From positions 310,001 to 374,000 of the forward strand of contig MU057700.1 in assembly GCA_013265495.1 (NCBI GenBank): a stretch of DNA of 64,000 nucleotides, in the 5' to 3' direction. This DNA is from Vicugna vicugna (Eukaryota). Of the stretch, positions 25,484-39,110 are shown piece after piece (position 1 is the first letter of the stretch; every line of letters starts with the position of its first letter). A program made the translations under genes and the position numbers. A model generated the notes under the pieces. That model saw only the letters and a list, made by a program, of their open reading frames with translations. It was not told the DNA's origin and did not search any database.

Positions 25484-26699
25484 GCCTAGAGGGATCAGCA
25501 GGGCCACGTCAGAGAGAACCACGTGTGCCTGGTCACCTGGTTTGGGCTTTATCCTAATGGCAATGGGAATTATCTGAAGAGGAGGAGTAGAAGGAGTAAT
25601 GTGATCAGACGATGTTCTGGGGAGATCACTCGGCGGATAAGAGAGAATAGATAAGAAGAGAGAAGATGTAAGAAGGCAAGAATAGAGGCAGGGAGGCTGG
25701 TTAAGAGGCAACAGCTATAACCTGGGAATGGGAAGCTGGTGGTATAGACTAACATGGTATGTAGAGAAAGAAAAAATTCAATGGATGTAAAAAAGATTTA
25801 GGATGCAGAATTGACAGAAGTCAGCAAGTGACTAAATGGGCAGGAGCAGGGGATGAGGGGGAAGGATCAACGAAGATGGCAGCAGTCTGACGTCCTGACA
25901 ACGGGTATGTGACAGTCCGCCCCCCGAGAGTGGGAGCCGGGGGAAAGGGCCAGCCCAGAGAGGAATGATGTGGAGCTAGGTTCCGGACATAATGAGTTTG
26001 AGTGATCTGTAGGGCAACATTGTGGAAATTCTTGCAAAAAGCAGAAATACAGTAATATTCAGGCCACTTCTGAGATGGGTAAAGACAGCCTGAAAGAGCT
26101 GCTGTGTAGAATGGGAAACCAACTTGAAAACAGAATGAACCAGGCAGTACTGAGGACTTGGCTCATGTAGGAGCTAATAAATGAAATACAAAATTTCCTT
26201 TTCCATTTGGGGGTGGGGTGGGGAGAGGAAGCCTTCTTCCCTGCTAACAGAAAGTAAAACTTCCTGAAGGCAGCATTTTTTCTTAATTGTGATCACTGCT
26301 ATATCCCTAGCACCTAGAACAACGCACTCATAGTAGGCTTTCAATAAATGAAAAAATAAATAAACTTATAGAGGTGTAACTTTTGTGGCAAAACCAAGAT
26401 TAGGCTCTTATCTCCTTAGTTAAAATATAATCCTGGTGCAAAGTATTAAAACACTCACCCTGACATTTCTACCCTGTGCCAATTATGATTTTATAAATAT
26501 GACTTCATTTATAACTTTAGTTTCTTTAAAAATTCTTCAAATATTTTCAGGCTTGTGGAAAAGTCATTGGTTTTGTTTGATTTTTTAAAAAGCAGCACAT
26601 TTTCACTGACAAAAGTAGAAGGAAACTCATTATTGTTCATAACCCCTGGCTGTTAATATTTTATTGCATTTTAATCTGTCTCCTAAGCAGGTGGGGGAT

Positions 26700-27480
26700 A
26701 CAGCTATCCACACATAACCTACATCTCCAGCCCTCAGCCCCTCACAGATGCCAGGTTCATGAATCCCCCATTGGCACCTTCAATACACAACACAAACCTG
26801 TCAAGCTCAAATTGAAGTTTTCATCTCTCCTCTTCCACTCCTGTCTTTCCCTCACTCCCCACATCCAATCCACCAGCAAGCTCTGTCAGCTCTGTCTCCA
26901 AATCATACCTAAACCTTTCTCCACAATCACCACCCTCACGTTAGCCACAGCACCTCCCCTGATCTACTGCAAAAGCCTAACTGGCTACCAGCAGCTAGAG
27001 CCACACACAGTCCACTCCCCACAGAACCAGAACTCCCCAGGCTTTCCTTTCTACCGCATTTAGCATAAATTCAAACTCCTTACAGTGGCAGAACAAGCTC
27101 TATGTGACCTGGCCCAGCTGGGTGCCCCCTCGCCCACTGTGCTCCAGCCACCTCAGGAAATCCACTAGCTGTTTCTCCTGCCTGGAACCGCCTTCCCAGT
27201 CACTGTGTATCAAGTTCTTTCTTGTCATTCAGATGGCCCCTCCACAGCCCCATCTCAGGAAGGCCTCTCTGACCAAACAAGCCAGAAATCACCTAATCAC
27301 TCTTCACAGCTCAGCCTGTTTTAATGATCTGCATGATACTTATTAATTTTATTTTCTGTGTCTTCCTACCACACTAAAAATTCTTATGAACAATAACCAT
27401 GTCTGTATGGTTCTAGGTGCTGTGTTCCAGTGGTGAATAATGGCTGGCATAGACTGGACACTATCTGATGAATAAATGTA
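26700..27480 (+). mobile_element. L2 fragment
   Basis: cccacatccaatccaccagcaagctctgtcagctctgtctccaaa; ends tgatgaataaat. Confidence 0.65.
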
Positions 27481-27730
27481 ACAGAGGCAGTCTGCACAGC
27501 AGGTAAGAGGGAGACTGTGGAGCTACAGAGCCAGGGCTCCTGGCCCCATCTCGGCACCTGTGCATTTGTAGGGGGGTGGGGGGACGGCACTCAACTGGGT
27601 CCTCATATGTAACATAGGGGGAATAATAGCACCTGCCTCAGAGGTTGTTACAGGATTAAATGAGTTAATATGTATGAAAAACAACAGTACCTTGCACACA
27701 GAAAAAGGTACCAAAACATCTGCTATTATA
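27480..27730 (+). mobile_element. MIR SINE
   Basis: gggaataatagcacctgcctcagaggttgttacaggattaaatgagttaatat...tgctattat. Confidence 0.75.
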
Positions 27731-28539
27731 GAATTAAAATATCAAAACAAATATAAATACATATATATACTATTTCCCAATTTAACCTTTACATTTACTT
27801 CTACATTCACACTCCTGTTCCATTTAATGAACATTTTCCTCTTGACACATATTTACCATGGTATATACTATAATTCAATGTATCATTTTATTATTAGTTT
27901 TGCTTGTTTTTAATGTTGTTAATATTATGCACATTGCTACTCTGCAGTTCTGACTACTACCTCAGGCAGAGACTCTCTGGAATGGAAATTACTGGGTTAA
28001 AGGGATGAACCTGTTTGAAAACTCCTGATCCAGAAAGCTCATGCTTCCCACACCACTGGTGGGATGGGAGAGCCCCCATCCTACCAGCCTCACTCACATG
28101 GCTGCTTTTAAAAACAGTGATTTTATAGCAAAAAAAAAGTAATTGCACTGCTGTTTTAATTTATTCTTATAAGAATGACTTAAATATGTTTATTGTGAAT
28201 TATCATCAGCTGTCTTTTACCTGTTTTTTCCCGCATAGTTCATATTTATTTGTAATATAGCTAAACATTATGGAGAGCAAGCTTTCGTCTTGTGTTTGTA
28301 AGTAAGGAGATAAGCTTAGAAAGCTTAAATAACTTGTAATGGTTACAAAGTGAAACTAGAACTTGAAGTGGAAGTTCTTAAACTTATTTTTCTATACAAC
28401 ATCTACAATGAATCTGCATTCAAATCATTCTTTGCCCACACCCTCCCAAACCAGACAAGATTATTAGCTCTTCACCCTAACAGGTTGAGTTCATTTTGCA
28501 CTTTTTTGGGTTTGTTTTTCAAGTAGAAGTTTTTACAGA

Positions 28540-29520
28540 TGAACTTTTTATTTTGAAATATTTTTTCAGGTTTACAGAAAAGTTGTAAAATAGTAAAAAG
28601 TTTCCAGATGCTTCTCATGTAGCTTTCGGCTTCCCCTAAATGTTATTATCTAACATTGTTGTGGGACATTTGTCAAAGTTAAGAAACCAACACTGGTACA
28701 TTACTATTAACTAAACTCCAGACTCTATTTGACTTCCACCATTTTTTCCTTTAATGTCTTTTTTTCTGTTCTAGGATCCAGTCCAGGGGACCACGTTTCA
28801 TTTGTTATGTCTCCTTAGACTCCTGAGAAACTGTGACAGTTTCTCAGTTTTGTTTTTGATGATCTTAACAGTTTTGAGAAGTGAAGGATTTTGTAGGATG
28901 ACCCTCAATTTGGGTTTGTCTAAAGTTTTTCCTCATTAGGGAAGGGTTACAGGTTTTTGGAAGTAAGACCACAGGGCTAAAGTGCTCTTCTTGTTACATT
29001 GTATGAGGGAGGACATGACAACACTGGTGATGCTAACCTTCATTACTTGGTTTAAGGTGGTGTCTGCCAGGTTTCTCTGCTAAATTTAGTTTTTCTATTT
29101 TCATACTTGTTTATTGGGAAGTGAGTCACCTATCTCCACCTTCTGGAAAAGGGAGTATCTACAAAAGTTATTTAGAATTCTGGTTCAATCCTCCATACCT
29201 CCATTAAAAAACAAATACATAAATAAATCAACCGATTTATTCATTCATTTATTATTATTTATCTATTTATTTGCTCACAAATTTATTTACATCAGTAAGG
29301 ATTCATGGATATTTATTTTATGCTTGGCGTTATAACCCAGTACTATGTTATTTATTTTGTTGCTCAAATTGTTCCAGATTTGCCACTGGGAGCTCTTTCA
29401 GGCTCTTGTGTCCCTTTGACGTACCCACATCCTTTTGTTGTTTGAATATTTCCTCACTTTCTGGAGCTACAAGATGCTCCAGGCTCCTCTATTTCCTGTC
29501 TCAGCATTAAGATCTGGGAG
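28540..29520 (-). mobile_element. L1MC-type 3' end, antisense
   Basis: ttttattttgaaatattttttcaggtttacagaaaagttg...ggtacattactattaactaaactccagact. Confidence 0.65.
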
Positions 29521-31083
29521 CTGGGTGTGCTTATTACTGTAAAGAAGTCACTGCTTCTAGACCCTCTTGGGACAGAGCTAGGTAATACACGTATGTATAC
29601 CATGTATGTACCCCTTGACTTTTTAGATCTAAACTGCTATTCATTTCTCTTTTATTATGTGTTTCATCAACAACTATGTAAACAAGTTTTACTGGGTTTT
29701 TGTTGCTGTTGTTGATTGCTATTTTATTCTCAGGTCTTTCTCCTTCAATGTGTTCATTTCTGATTCGACTGAATTAGAAAAGGTCTGTGAGAAGTAAACT
29801 CTGAGTCTTTCAATGTTCAAAATGTCTATTTTGCCCTCAAATAGGTCAAATATGGATTCTAGAACTGAAGTTATTTTTCTTCACAATGTTCAAGGTATCT
29901 CTTTATTGTTTTCTAGTGCCAGTATCATCACAAAGAAGGCAAATGCCAACCTGATCACCATTCCTTTGTAGACAAGCTAGGTTTTGCTATTTTTGGCGTC
30001 TCTGGAAGGTATTAGGATTGTCCCTTAACTTCTGCTCTCAAGTGCCAGAAGACTTATCTTTCCTTGGTTCTTTGATGTTTTCTTCTATTTCCTCCCTGCT
30101 CTGTCCTGTCTCTTCTCCCCCTTCTGGAACGCCTACTAAACAATCTGGGAACTTCTGGATTGATTTCCCAGGTCTCAATCTTTTTCTTACATTACCTCTT
30201 GGTCTTTATGTGCCCAGTTGGCCCATCTTCTAGTTTACAGATTTGTTTCAACAGTGACCATTCTGCTTTCAGCCCATTTACTGAGTTTTATATTTTCACA
30301 ATTTTCAAGTCCTCTTTTTTAGCAAAAAATATTGTTTTATGAAATTAATGTTTTCTCCAATTTCCTTAAAGATATACTTAATTTAAAGTTGTTTCTATCT
30401 GTATTCCTATTCTCATGTGTTAATTTTCCTATTTATTAAGATTTCGTACCTCTTTCATAGTGTTGGTTTCTGTCAAATGTTTTGCTAAGTCTCGGTTAGC
30501 TGCTACTCATTTTTGTTTCAAAAATCATTGTTCAAAAACCCATGGCTGCTAGTTATGATTGCAAGGGTCTTCTCCAGTAACAGTGGAGGAGGGGCTAAAT
30601 GTGGTCTTGGGCAGAATGTGCCAAAGGCAGCTCACGTTTGGAGTCTGGGGCTCCCTATCCACCTTACAACTCAGTATTCCGAGGACCCTACTCTGCCTCT
30701 CTAGCTCCAGGGTCCAGCCTGTGTATCTGCGATGCCTGCTGTTCAGCACCTCCCCTGGAGAAGTATACATACTTCACCACTCCCTGTCTTCTGAAATGAA
30801 CCCAGAGGCTGCAAGGCAGCCCCATCTTCAGTGTTCTCCTGAAACATTCTAGATTGTTCTCTTATGACAACTATTGTCATCTTACAGAAATTTCCCAAAA
30901 TTTAGATCCACTAATGGAATTTCTCTCATTCCCCATACTAACATGCCTTTTTATTTTTAGCAATTCATTCTCACAAAGCATTGAGGGTGTTAGATAAGGC
31001 AGATGTGGATGCTCAGTTTGACATTTTGCCCCCAATTGTATCTGTGCTCCTAAGTAATACTAGACTACAGATAAGGTAGAAGT

Positions 31084-31126
31084 GTACGTGTATGTGTGTG
31101 TACGTGTGTGTGTGTGTGTGTGTGTA
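31084..31126. repeat. (TG)n microsatellite, imperfect
   Basis: gtacgtgtatgtgtgtgtacgtgtgtgtgtgtgtgtgtgtgta. Confidence 0.9.
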
Positions 31127-31719
31127 TACATGCTTTGCCAGGGGTTGGTATGAAGATAATGTTGGACTCATAAAATATATTAAGTAGATCATATGGCACC
31201 AATATTACCTGTTCTTTGAATGTTTCGAAAAACTCACCAGTGAAACATAGCTATGTATCTTCGGGTAACTGTTTGATAACTCTTCTAATATTTTAAATTG
31301 CTCTTAGTCTCTTCAGAGATTCCATCTCTTTTATTCATAAAGTACTAACATGAGCTTTTATAAAATACTAATACAAACTTAATTCATACTAATATGTTAT
31401 CAATTCTCAAATCCTTCCTTTTATTTAGAATTTTTTAAACTTACTATATGAAACTGATTTCTCTCAATGTTTTCTTATTCTAATTTCCTATGTTGTGTTT
31501 TCCTTTTACCCTAAATCTGCCCACTTTATGATTACATTTTTTCTGCAAATAAAGAATAAGCTCCTATGTTTGTCAACCTATTAGTTTGGGTCATTAATTT
31601 CTGCCTTTGTCTTTATTTCTTTCTCAGAGTTAGTTTTCTTTTTTTTTTTTTAAACATGTTAAATTATCTTCTTAGTTCATTTGTTTCCATTTTTTCCTAT
31701 TATTAACAATAAAAGGTTA

Positions 31720-31980
31720 GGCTAAATACAATATAGTATCCTAGACTGGATCCTGGAAGAGAGAGGACGTTAGAAAAACTGGTGAAATCTCAATAAAAAC
31801 TATAGTGTAATAAGCAGTAACTTACCAAAGTTAATTTCTTAATTTTGACAAATGAACCACAGTCATATAAGATGTTAGCAACAGGGGAAGCAATAGGGGA
31901 ATAGGTGAAGTACAGTGACTCTCTATACTATCTTTCCGACTTTTCTGTAAATTTCAATTACTTCACAGAAGTTTATTTAA
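31720..31980 (+). mobile_element. L1MC/MD-type 3' end fragment
   Basis: tatcctagactggatcctggaa...aaaactggtgaaatctcaataa...ctctatactatcttt...cttttctgtaaat. Confidence 0.7.
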
Positions 31981-32412
31981 ATTTTTTCCAGAAACTTATA
32001 TAACTTTGTCAATAACTGTAAGTTCTGATATATGGCATTCCTATTCCAAGACTTTCTAAGTAATTTCCTGTAGTATATTATTCCTTCTTATTTATTTAGT
32101 AGTTTTAATTTCTAGTTAGTAAGTTTTTTAAAATTAAAATTTATTTTTAGTATTACTAGAATTAAGTTGGTAGAAATAGATAATTTTCACATTCTAGAAC
32201 ATGAGTATTTCTCTGTGGCCTAAACTCTGCCCTCACCCAATGACATTTAATTCTGAAACAATATAAAAGCATTTTATGGAGGTAGGTAGACTATGGATAT
32301 GCATTTATAGTAATTACAGTTTTTAACTGAAGCTTTGTTTTCTACTTTGTTGTGAAACAAACATAAAGGAACCTAGCAAGGATCTTTGAGGTCTTTCATA
32401 ACCAAGTCTTAC

Positions 32413-32507
32413 CAGCTGCTGCTCGACAGGCGGTGGCACATCCTGATTGGCATAAACGATGGCAGGGTTGTAAAGACTGAACACCACAGGGTAAAACACC
32501 TTCTTAC
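32413..32507 (-). CDS. CSGALNACT2: CSGALNACT2 exon 6 ([32 protein letters not shown])
   Basis: tttgtag| acceptor, |gtaaga donor, 95 nt. Confidence 0.96.
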
Positions 32508-34150
32508 CTACAAATTAAAATATATGTTTACATACAAAAAGAAGTCATAAAATAAACCACTGATGTTTATTGCAATATCTACTAAGACTTTGTTAAAGTG
32601 TTTGTTACATATTGTAATTTTATTTTATTAATGTTGTATTTTATCACTATTCAGGCTACTGAAAACTCATGTTGATGAACACGATGATGACTTCATAATA
32701 TATCAATAAGTTAGACTATGAAACTATAACCCTGCAAAAGAACAGAGAAAGAAAGACTATAAAGAGTGCTCTATTCCCTTGTGATACATTTATACCCTTT
32801 GACCTTGGGGAGATACACAAAAGCATTTTCTCAGCTGTTCATTAGGTGAGCCATTAATTAATCATTATTTCATTGAATTAGCAGTAATAGATAAAGGTTA
32901 ACCTTTGACAATCACCAAGAGACTTAGAAACTTCTGTTAAATCCACTCTCCAAAATAAATCATAGGAACAGTGAATCCAAAGGATACTGTATCATGGATA
33001 TACAGAGAATAATTAAAATATAGAACTGCAGATTGATCTGAACAAGATTTGGAAACCCTGGGAAAATTAAGAGTTAAAAATATCCGATGTAAGAGCCCCC
33101 TTCAAAAGCCTCTGTCATGAGCATTCAAACTGCTAGCAATGAAGGGACCTTTAAAGCTAGTCAACTAGCCCACCTCCCCTCAACAGAGACCCCTTTGCTG
33201 AGACTGGCCTCAATTAGACATGGTAATATGAAGTGCTCAGAAGCTGTCAACGACCCTGCAAGTAATGGGCAGCCTTTTATTACAAGATCCCTAGCAAATG
33301 TTTAACTCTTTGTTAGAATCCACTTAGGAAAGGGGAGCTTCATTTCCCAGAGGCAACTCTATCTGTTTTACATTAAAGAAATAATGTAACATATATATAA
33401 AATATTTCTCTTATAGTAAGCAAATACATCTCCTTCAGCTTCTACATTCTGGGCTTCATGCTGTCTGGTGTGAAAAAAAAAAAGTAAATCTAACCCACAT
33501 TTACTCACTAGGTCTCACAGGGTTCCTGACAACTATCCCTAAATAAATTGACTTGTAAGAAGGTAGTCATTTGAATGATATGAGTAGTTCTATATCAAAA
33601 ACATTTACTGTGAGATTTTTTTAATACAGAAAACTTCCTTTCCACATTTAAAGTAATATTTGATAGATAAAAATGTCATTTGCTCTTATGTTTTCGAAAA
33701 CTATATACAACATAAAACAAAGTATAAGTCATCATCCCCAAATGCACAGTCTGGAGACCAAGCACCAACTGATCCTCAACCCCCGTAAGCGTGCACACCC
33801 GTAAGTGTGCCGGCACCATCTGCCTGAGGTACAGTGCTGCTGACTCTCACACATCACACTGTCGGCTTGGCTCTTTTTCTAATGGGTGCTGCTTCCTCCT
33901 TGTCAATTTCATGACTTTTTACTTCTTTGCATGTGTTTATTTAGATTCAAATATAGACACTGGCATTTGGCCATAAGAGAACAAGGGGTATGAACTTCAG
34001 GGGGGCAAATTTTCACTTTTCTACTTAAAATTCCAGTTAAATTATGCCTAATATAACTCAAAAAAACATAATTAACTTGATTCAAAATATGAGACATGCT
34101 GACACTGTTTTAAATTCTACACTCAACTCACCCACCACCATTTTACACAC

Positions 34151-34329
34151 CTGGCTCAGCATTCAACCGGCAGCTGTTAAGGAATTCGGCTGAGAAATAG
34201 ATGTCAACATCACAGAAGAACATCAATACCTCTCCCTTGTCCCAGGCTCGAGCACCCACATTTAGTCCTCGTCCACGGTTAAATTCTTCATTCAATGAGA
34301 CCAAGGTGTAATTGTGAAAATCAGACTCA
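34151..34329 (-). CDS. CSGALNACT2: CSGALNACT2 exon 5 ([10 protein letters not shown]...[10 protein letters not shown]...LNAEP)
   Basis: ccttatag| acceptor, |gtgtgt donor, 179 nt; contains the DxD (DVD) metal/nucleotide-sugar motif. Confidence 0.96.
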
Positions 34330-34689
34330 CTATAAGGAAAGCACATATAACAAATGGTAAGTTCCACTTAAAGTTGACTCTCTTCCTTCAACACAACTTA
34401 CAAAACATATTTTACACTTCAGGTTATTTATTATGTTGGTTCTACATTCATACAGGGAAAGGCAATCAGGAGCTTCACGTGTATGACCATCATCAAGGAC
34501 AGATACTCACTAAATGCCCACATTTGAGGCAACATGCTAGTGGTGTGAGGTTAATAAGTGTTGAGAGACCCTACTACCCTTCAGGATTTTAAAAACCTAC
34601 TGGGAAGATAAGAAATATACACAGGGAAAAATAGCCATCATGTTTGGTAATAAATAATGGAATCCTTATGAATGATACATACAAAGGGT

Positions 34690-34967
34690 GCTCTTCTCTC
34701 AAGTCTGTCATATCTTTGCTCAAATGTCCCCTTATCAGAGGGATCTCCTCATGCTGTATGTGACGTAGCCCTAAGCTCCCTTCTCTTTAACGTCTGTCCC
34801 CTTGCCCACCTTTGTTTTCCTCAGTAACACCAGACATGTCTGTTCGAGTGTCTCCCACTAGAATGTAAGCTCCATGAGAGCAGAGGTTTTGTTCTGTTCT
34901 CTACTATGGACACAGTGTCCCTCAGAGAGTAGGAGTTCAATAAATATTTGTTGAATGAATGAATGAA
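34690..34967 (+). mobile_element. L2 3' end
   Basis: ctagaatgtaagctccatgagagcagagg...ttcaataaatatttgttgaatgaatgaatgaa. Confidence 0.85.
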
Positions 34968-35296
34968 CAGCAGTTCTGAGAAAGAAAAGATTGCTTTTGT
35001 CTGGAGTAGTTAGAGAAGATGCTAGAAGCAGAATTTAAGTTATGCCTTGGTTAGAATCCTGAATTCAGTGGTGAGTATAAAGGTCATTCCAATTAATTCT
35101 TCTCAAAGGCAAGGAGGCAAGAAAGTAGAAAGCAATTTAAAGAACAGGGATGAGACAAATCAGATTGGAATAGAGGGGTCCTAAAATGGGAACAGTGAGA
35201 GAAGATCAGAAAAGGGTCAGACTGAGGGGTACCTTCTGTGAGAAGTTAAAGCCAGTGTTCTAAAGGCAAGGAGGAGTCAGGGTTTTTCCACCAGGG

Positions 35297-35484
35297 CAGT
35301 GGTTCTCACAGACAAGTCCTTGCATCCACAGCATCAGATTCCCCTGGGAATGTGTTAGAAATACAAATTCTCAGGCCCCACCCCAGTCCCCTGCATCAGA
35401 TACTAGGGGAGGAGCTGAGCATCTGTCTCTCTCCTGGGACAAGTCACTCCAGGTGACTCTGATGATAAAGTTGGAGAACCACTG
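35297..35484. mobile_element. MER5A hAT-Charlie MITE, full length
   Basis: Perfect 11-bp TIRs CAGTGGTTCTC...GAGAACCACTG; degenerate 8-bp TSD caccaggg / tactaggg. Confidence 0.88.
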
Positions 35485-35619
35485 TACTAGGGGATAGCTG
35501 GATCAAAAAAACAGCATTTAAAAAAGATTACTCTTACAATAGTATAGAATGGGGAATGGAGAGATGGAAACAAAGACTCAAATAGTGCATGGAGTGGACT
35601 CCAGGGGCTCCCCTTTTAT

Positions 35620-36185
35620 AGGTTATAAATCTCTCCCTTCTTTGGGGGAAACTTCTGATCACCACCTCACACTCCCAGCACCAAGTGGAGGAACTAATCA
35701 TAGAATAGCCCAACCACAGTAATTTCCTAGGGACCGGGACTAGACTCAAGCTGGGCCAATCACAATACCCCCACCCCATCTGGCTATGGTGACTGGCTCA
35801 AGAGTGGGCAAAAGTCCTTCTCTGGGATTTGCTCAACTGGACCTGGGAGAAAGCTCTTTTCTCTCTGATGGCAAAGCTGAGACGATGTGAGCCCAGAGCT
35901 GCCAACAGCCATATACCTCACATGTGGAAGAAGCCACTCTGCAACAGGAGAATGAAGTCAACATGCAGAGAAAAACAGGTAAGAAGACAACAAGAGATTC
36001 TGATGGTATTTGAGTCTCTGGTCCCAGCTTCTAAGATACCAAAGCTGTTTTGGTTTTCTTCATTAAATTTGGTTATAATAATCCCTTTAATTTCAGGAGT
36101 TAGTCAAGATTCTTCAATAATGCTCCCATTTTCCTCAAGCAAGCTCAAGGTAAGTTTCCATCATTTGCTACAGAGGAATCTGGAT
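35620..36185 (+). mobile_element. Old MaLR LTR (MLT1J/K-like)
   Basis: actcaagctgggccaatcaca...gtgactggctcaagagtgggc...gtgagcccagagctgcc...gagaatgaagtcaac. Confidence 0.5.
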
Positions 36186-37512
36186 TAATGCAGGGACAAC
36201 TTTATAATAACAACGTGAGCCATAAGCACTAAGTAGGTGATCTGAAAATGGTAAGGAGGGAAGAGATAAGGGGAGAAATGGAGGGAGGGGGAACCTGGGT
36301 TAGAGTGGTGGCTGCAGCAAGGAAAGGACAGAGCAGAGGTCCTGTGCAGTGAGCAGGAGCTGACAAATAAGAGGTAAAGAATGAGTGAAGACTCTGGCTC
36401 TCAGACATCAAGCCCAGGGGATCGTGAGAATGGTCTTAGTCTGAACTGAAAGGGGGCCATCAGGAGGGGGAGCTGATGAAAGGGGAGGAGAAGACAGTGT
36501 CTGTTTTTTATACTCCAATGCTGTGAGAGTCCCTTTGGGGTAGGAACTGCAACTCCTTCCTCTGGGCCCAGTCCTATCCCAGCCACCCCAGTCAGACTCC
36601 CGAGCAGTGTACCTGGAACATAGTCGGTGGGACTCAATGAATGTTAGTTGAACGATTCGAGAAGAATGGCCGGCCAAATCTGGACTCTTAGGGAATGGCC
36701 ACAACTAGCAGAAAGGTAGAGAAGCAAGTAAAGGATACAGAGTTGATGTGGTCAGAAAAGACAATCAACCTAATATCTTACATTATAACATATCTACATT
36801 TACAAAATATTTACATTTTACAAACATCAGAGGAAAGTTTCAAGAAGGGAGTACTGGTTAGTTATCAAATGTAAACAAGTAATCAAGGAGGATGACAGAG
36901 AAAAGCCTGGTTGCGGCAGTTAGGTCATAACTTTGGGCCCATAACTTAGAGACAAAAAGGTTGAGAAGCTACAGGATTAATAATGGAGTATTAAGGAATT
37001 ACTAATTCATTCATTCAAACCTCTGAGCACCTACTATGTGCCAGGTACTATAAGTTGCTTGGTTAGAGAACTACCATTCTGTGAGGTTTAGCTGTGAAAG
37101 GACAGAAACCTAAGAGTAGCTACTGGGAACCGTAGAGTCAGGCAGAGGTCTCTGAAGGATAGGGGAGTCCTAAATAAGCATCACTTGCAGGGTGAGAAGG
37201 AACTTAGGAAAATGAAAGGAAAGAAGGGTGGCAAGTAAGAGACAAGCTCAGGAGATGAAATCAAAGTGAAGAGGTTAGATTTAGAAAAAGGGAAAGAGTT
37301 CAACGGAAGGAAATGAAGAATAAATGGAGGCAAATATACAGAAGGTGAGTGGGCCACAGAGTGAGAGCACCCAGATCAGCTAGGCTGTCTGCTAAGAAGC
37401 TAAGGGAAGATGAGTCATCTAGAGTTGCATGAGTGAACTCAGGGGTGAAATGAGGAACTTGCTACCACCACCACTCACATGCTCAGCCGAAAGCAGCCAT
37501 TCAAAATTATTG

Positions 37513-37552
37513 ACTCATTAAATATCTGAAATACTCATTAAATATCTGAAAT
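37513..37552. repeat. Perfect 20-bp tandem duplication (actcattaaatatctgaaat x2)
   Basis: Read directly from the sequence. Confidence 0.9.
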
Positions 37553-37608
37553 TCTCATTCTTCTAAAGTTATATATCAAGGACTTCAATGCAAACATGCC
37601 TCACCAAC

Positions 37609-37710
37609 CTTGCGACAGATTCGAGGATAGACTTGACTTCAGATAGTCCTTCTTTACCAAAATACACCACTGTGAGATGAATTCTCTTGTCCTGATGAAT
37701 ACATACATCC
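37609..37710 (-). CDS. CSGALNACT2: CSGALNACT2 exon 4 (RDVCIHQDKRIHLTVVYFGKEGLSEVKSILESVA)
   Basis: tgttag| acceptor, |gttggt donor, 102 nt; phase compatible with exon 5. Confidence 0.95.
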
Positions 37711-39110
37711 CTAACAGAATTGAAAAAGAGTTCATTCAGGAAAATACATAAGGCACTACTCATTCAGAAAGCAATCACATGAAGCTTTAACAAGAAAATG
37801 AACGAAGCACTTCTTACTTAGGATGAAATCACATGGAGCTTTAAGTGAAAATAAAACTGGCAATATTGCTGAATTATTAAAGGCGTCACAGCAAGCACAT
37901 GACAACATTTATGTCTAAATGAATGCAACACTTGAAGGGGCATGTAAGCAGCACAAGAAGTCGCCATATTTCAAAATATCTTTGGAGCTTTTGCTTTGGC
38001 ATTGCCTTCAGAAGCAAGTTACAAGCTGCTCAAGGAAATAAGTTCAATCAGTCCAAAAGCAAATAAATAAATAAATAATTCAAGTTTTGAGTCAAAAGGT
38101 ATTTTGTCTTCAGACTGCCTAATTCCAGAAATTATACCTATTTTCAAGGAATAAATATTTGCCATGACTGAGATTATTAACTATAAAGAATAATGTAGCA
38201 TCTGAAGGTAATTCCAAGACAGGCAATTAAAAAATGTTTTAGGAAGTCAGATTTCAAGTGAGCAATTTCAAAAAGATGAAACTCATTTGGAAGCATGACT
38301 TTTAGATATTCTAAGAAATTCTGCAACAGAATTGTGTGCCTAACTTTTACATTCAACAACTTCAATGAGAACAAAGACTGGAATTACGAAGTTATTAAAA
38401 AAATAAGCATATTAAAGTATTAAAAACATGACAACTGTTAGAGTAAAACAAAAAGTAAAACTTTCAAGTAGTTACCTAATATGAAGCTGTTAATTTTTTT
38501 AACACTTCAGCATTTAAAAAATCCAAATTTAATGATCAAAAAAAGAAAAAAATATTTAAAAAATGTTATAATCTCTGCTTCCCAAGATGGAATAATGTTC
38601 TCCCATCTTTCACTTGAATATTTGTATTTCCAAAATTTCTTTCAATTTTAAAATTCAAATTGTTCTCAGTGGAATTTTCTGGAGAGATAACAATGTTCTA
38701 TATCTTGATTGAGGAGACAGTTACATGAATGTACACATTCATCAAGTCATGAAACCTCTATATTTAGAATATGTGGATTTAATTGTTTGTAAGTTATTCC
38801 TCAATAAAGCTACTTTTAAAAATTCAACTTGTCCTAAAATGAATTCAAACACAATTATAAAGGTCATCAAATTTAGTTTCTAATAATTGTCACCCTCAGT
38901 TTACTTCATAGTTCAAACTGTCAATAATACAGTATAGTACACATACTATAAGAAAAAAGGGAACATCAAAACATAAAGTTCCCCTGAGCCTACAGAATTA
39001 CTCTGTAATTCTAAGTCATCATACTCAGTGAAGGTAAATTAAATAAAACGGCAAGAAATACGCTTTTTTTTAAGGAGCGCTTAGCCAAATCACTAAGCCC
39101 TGAGAGTTAC

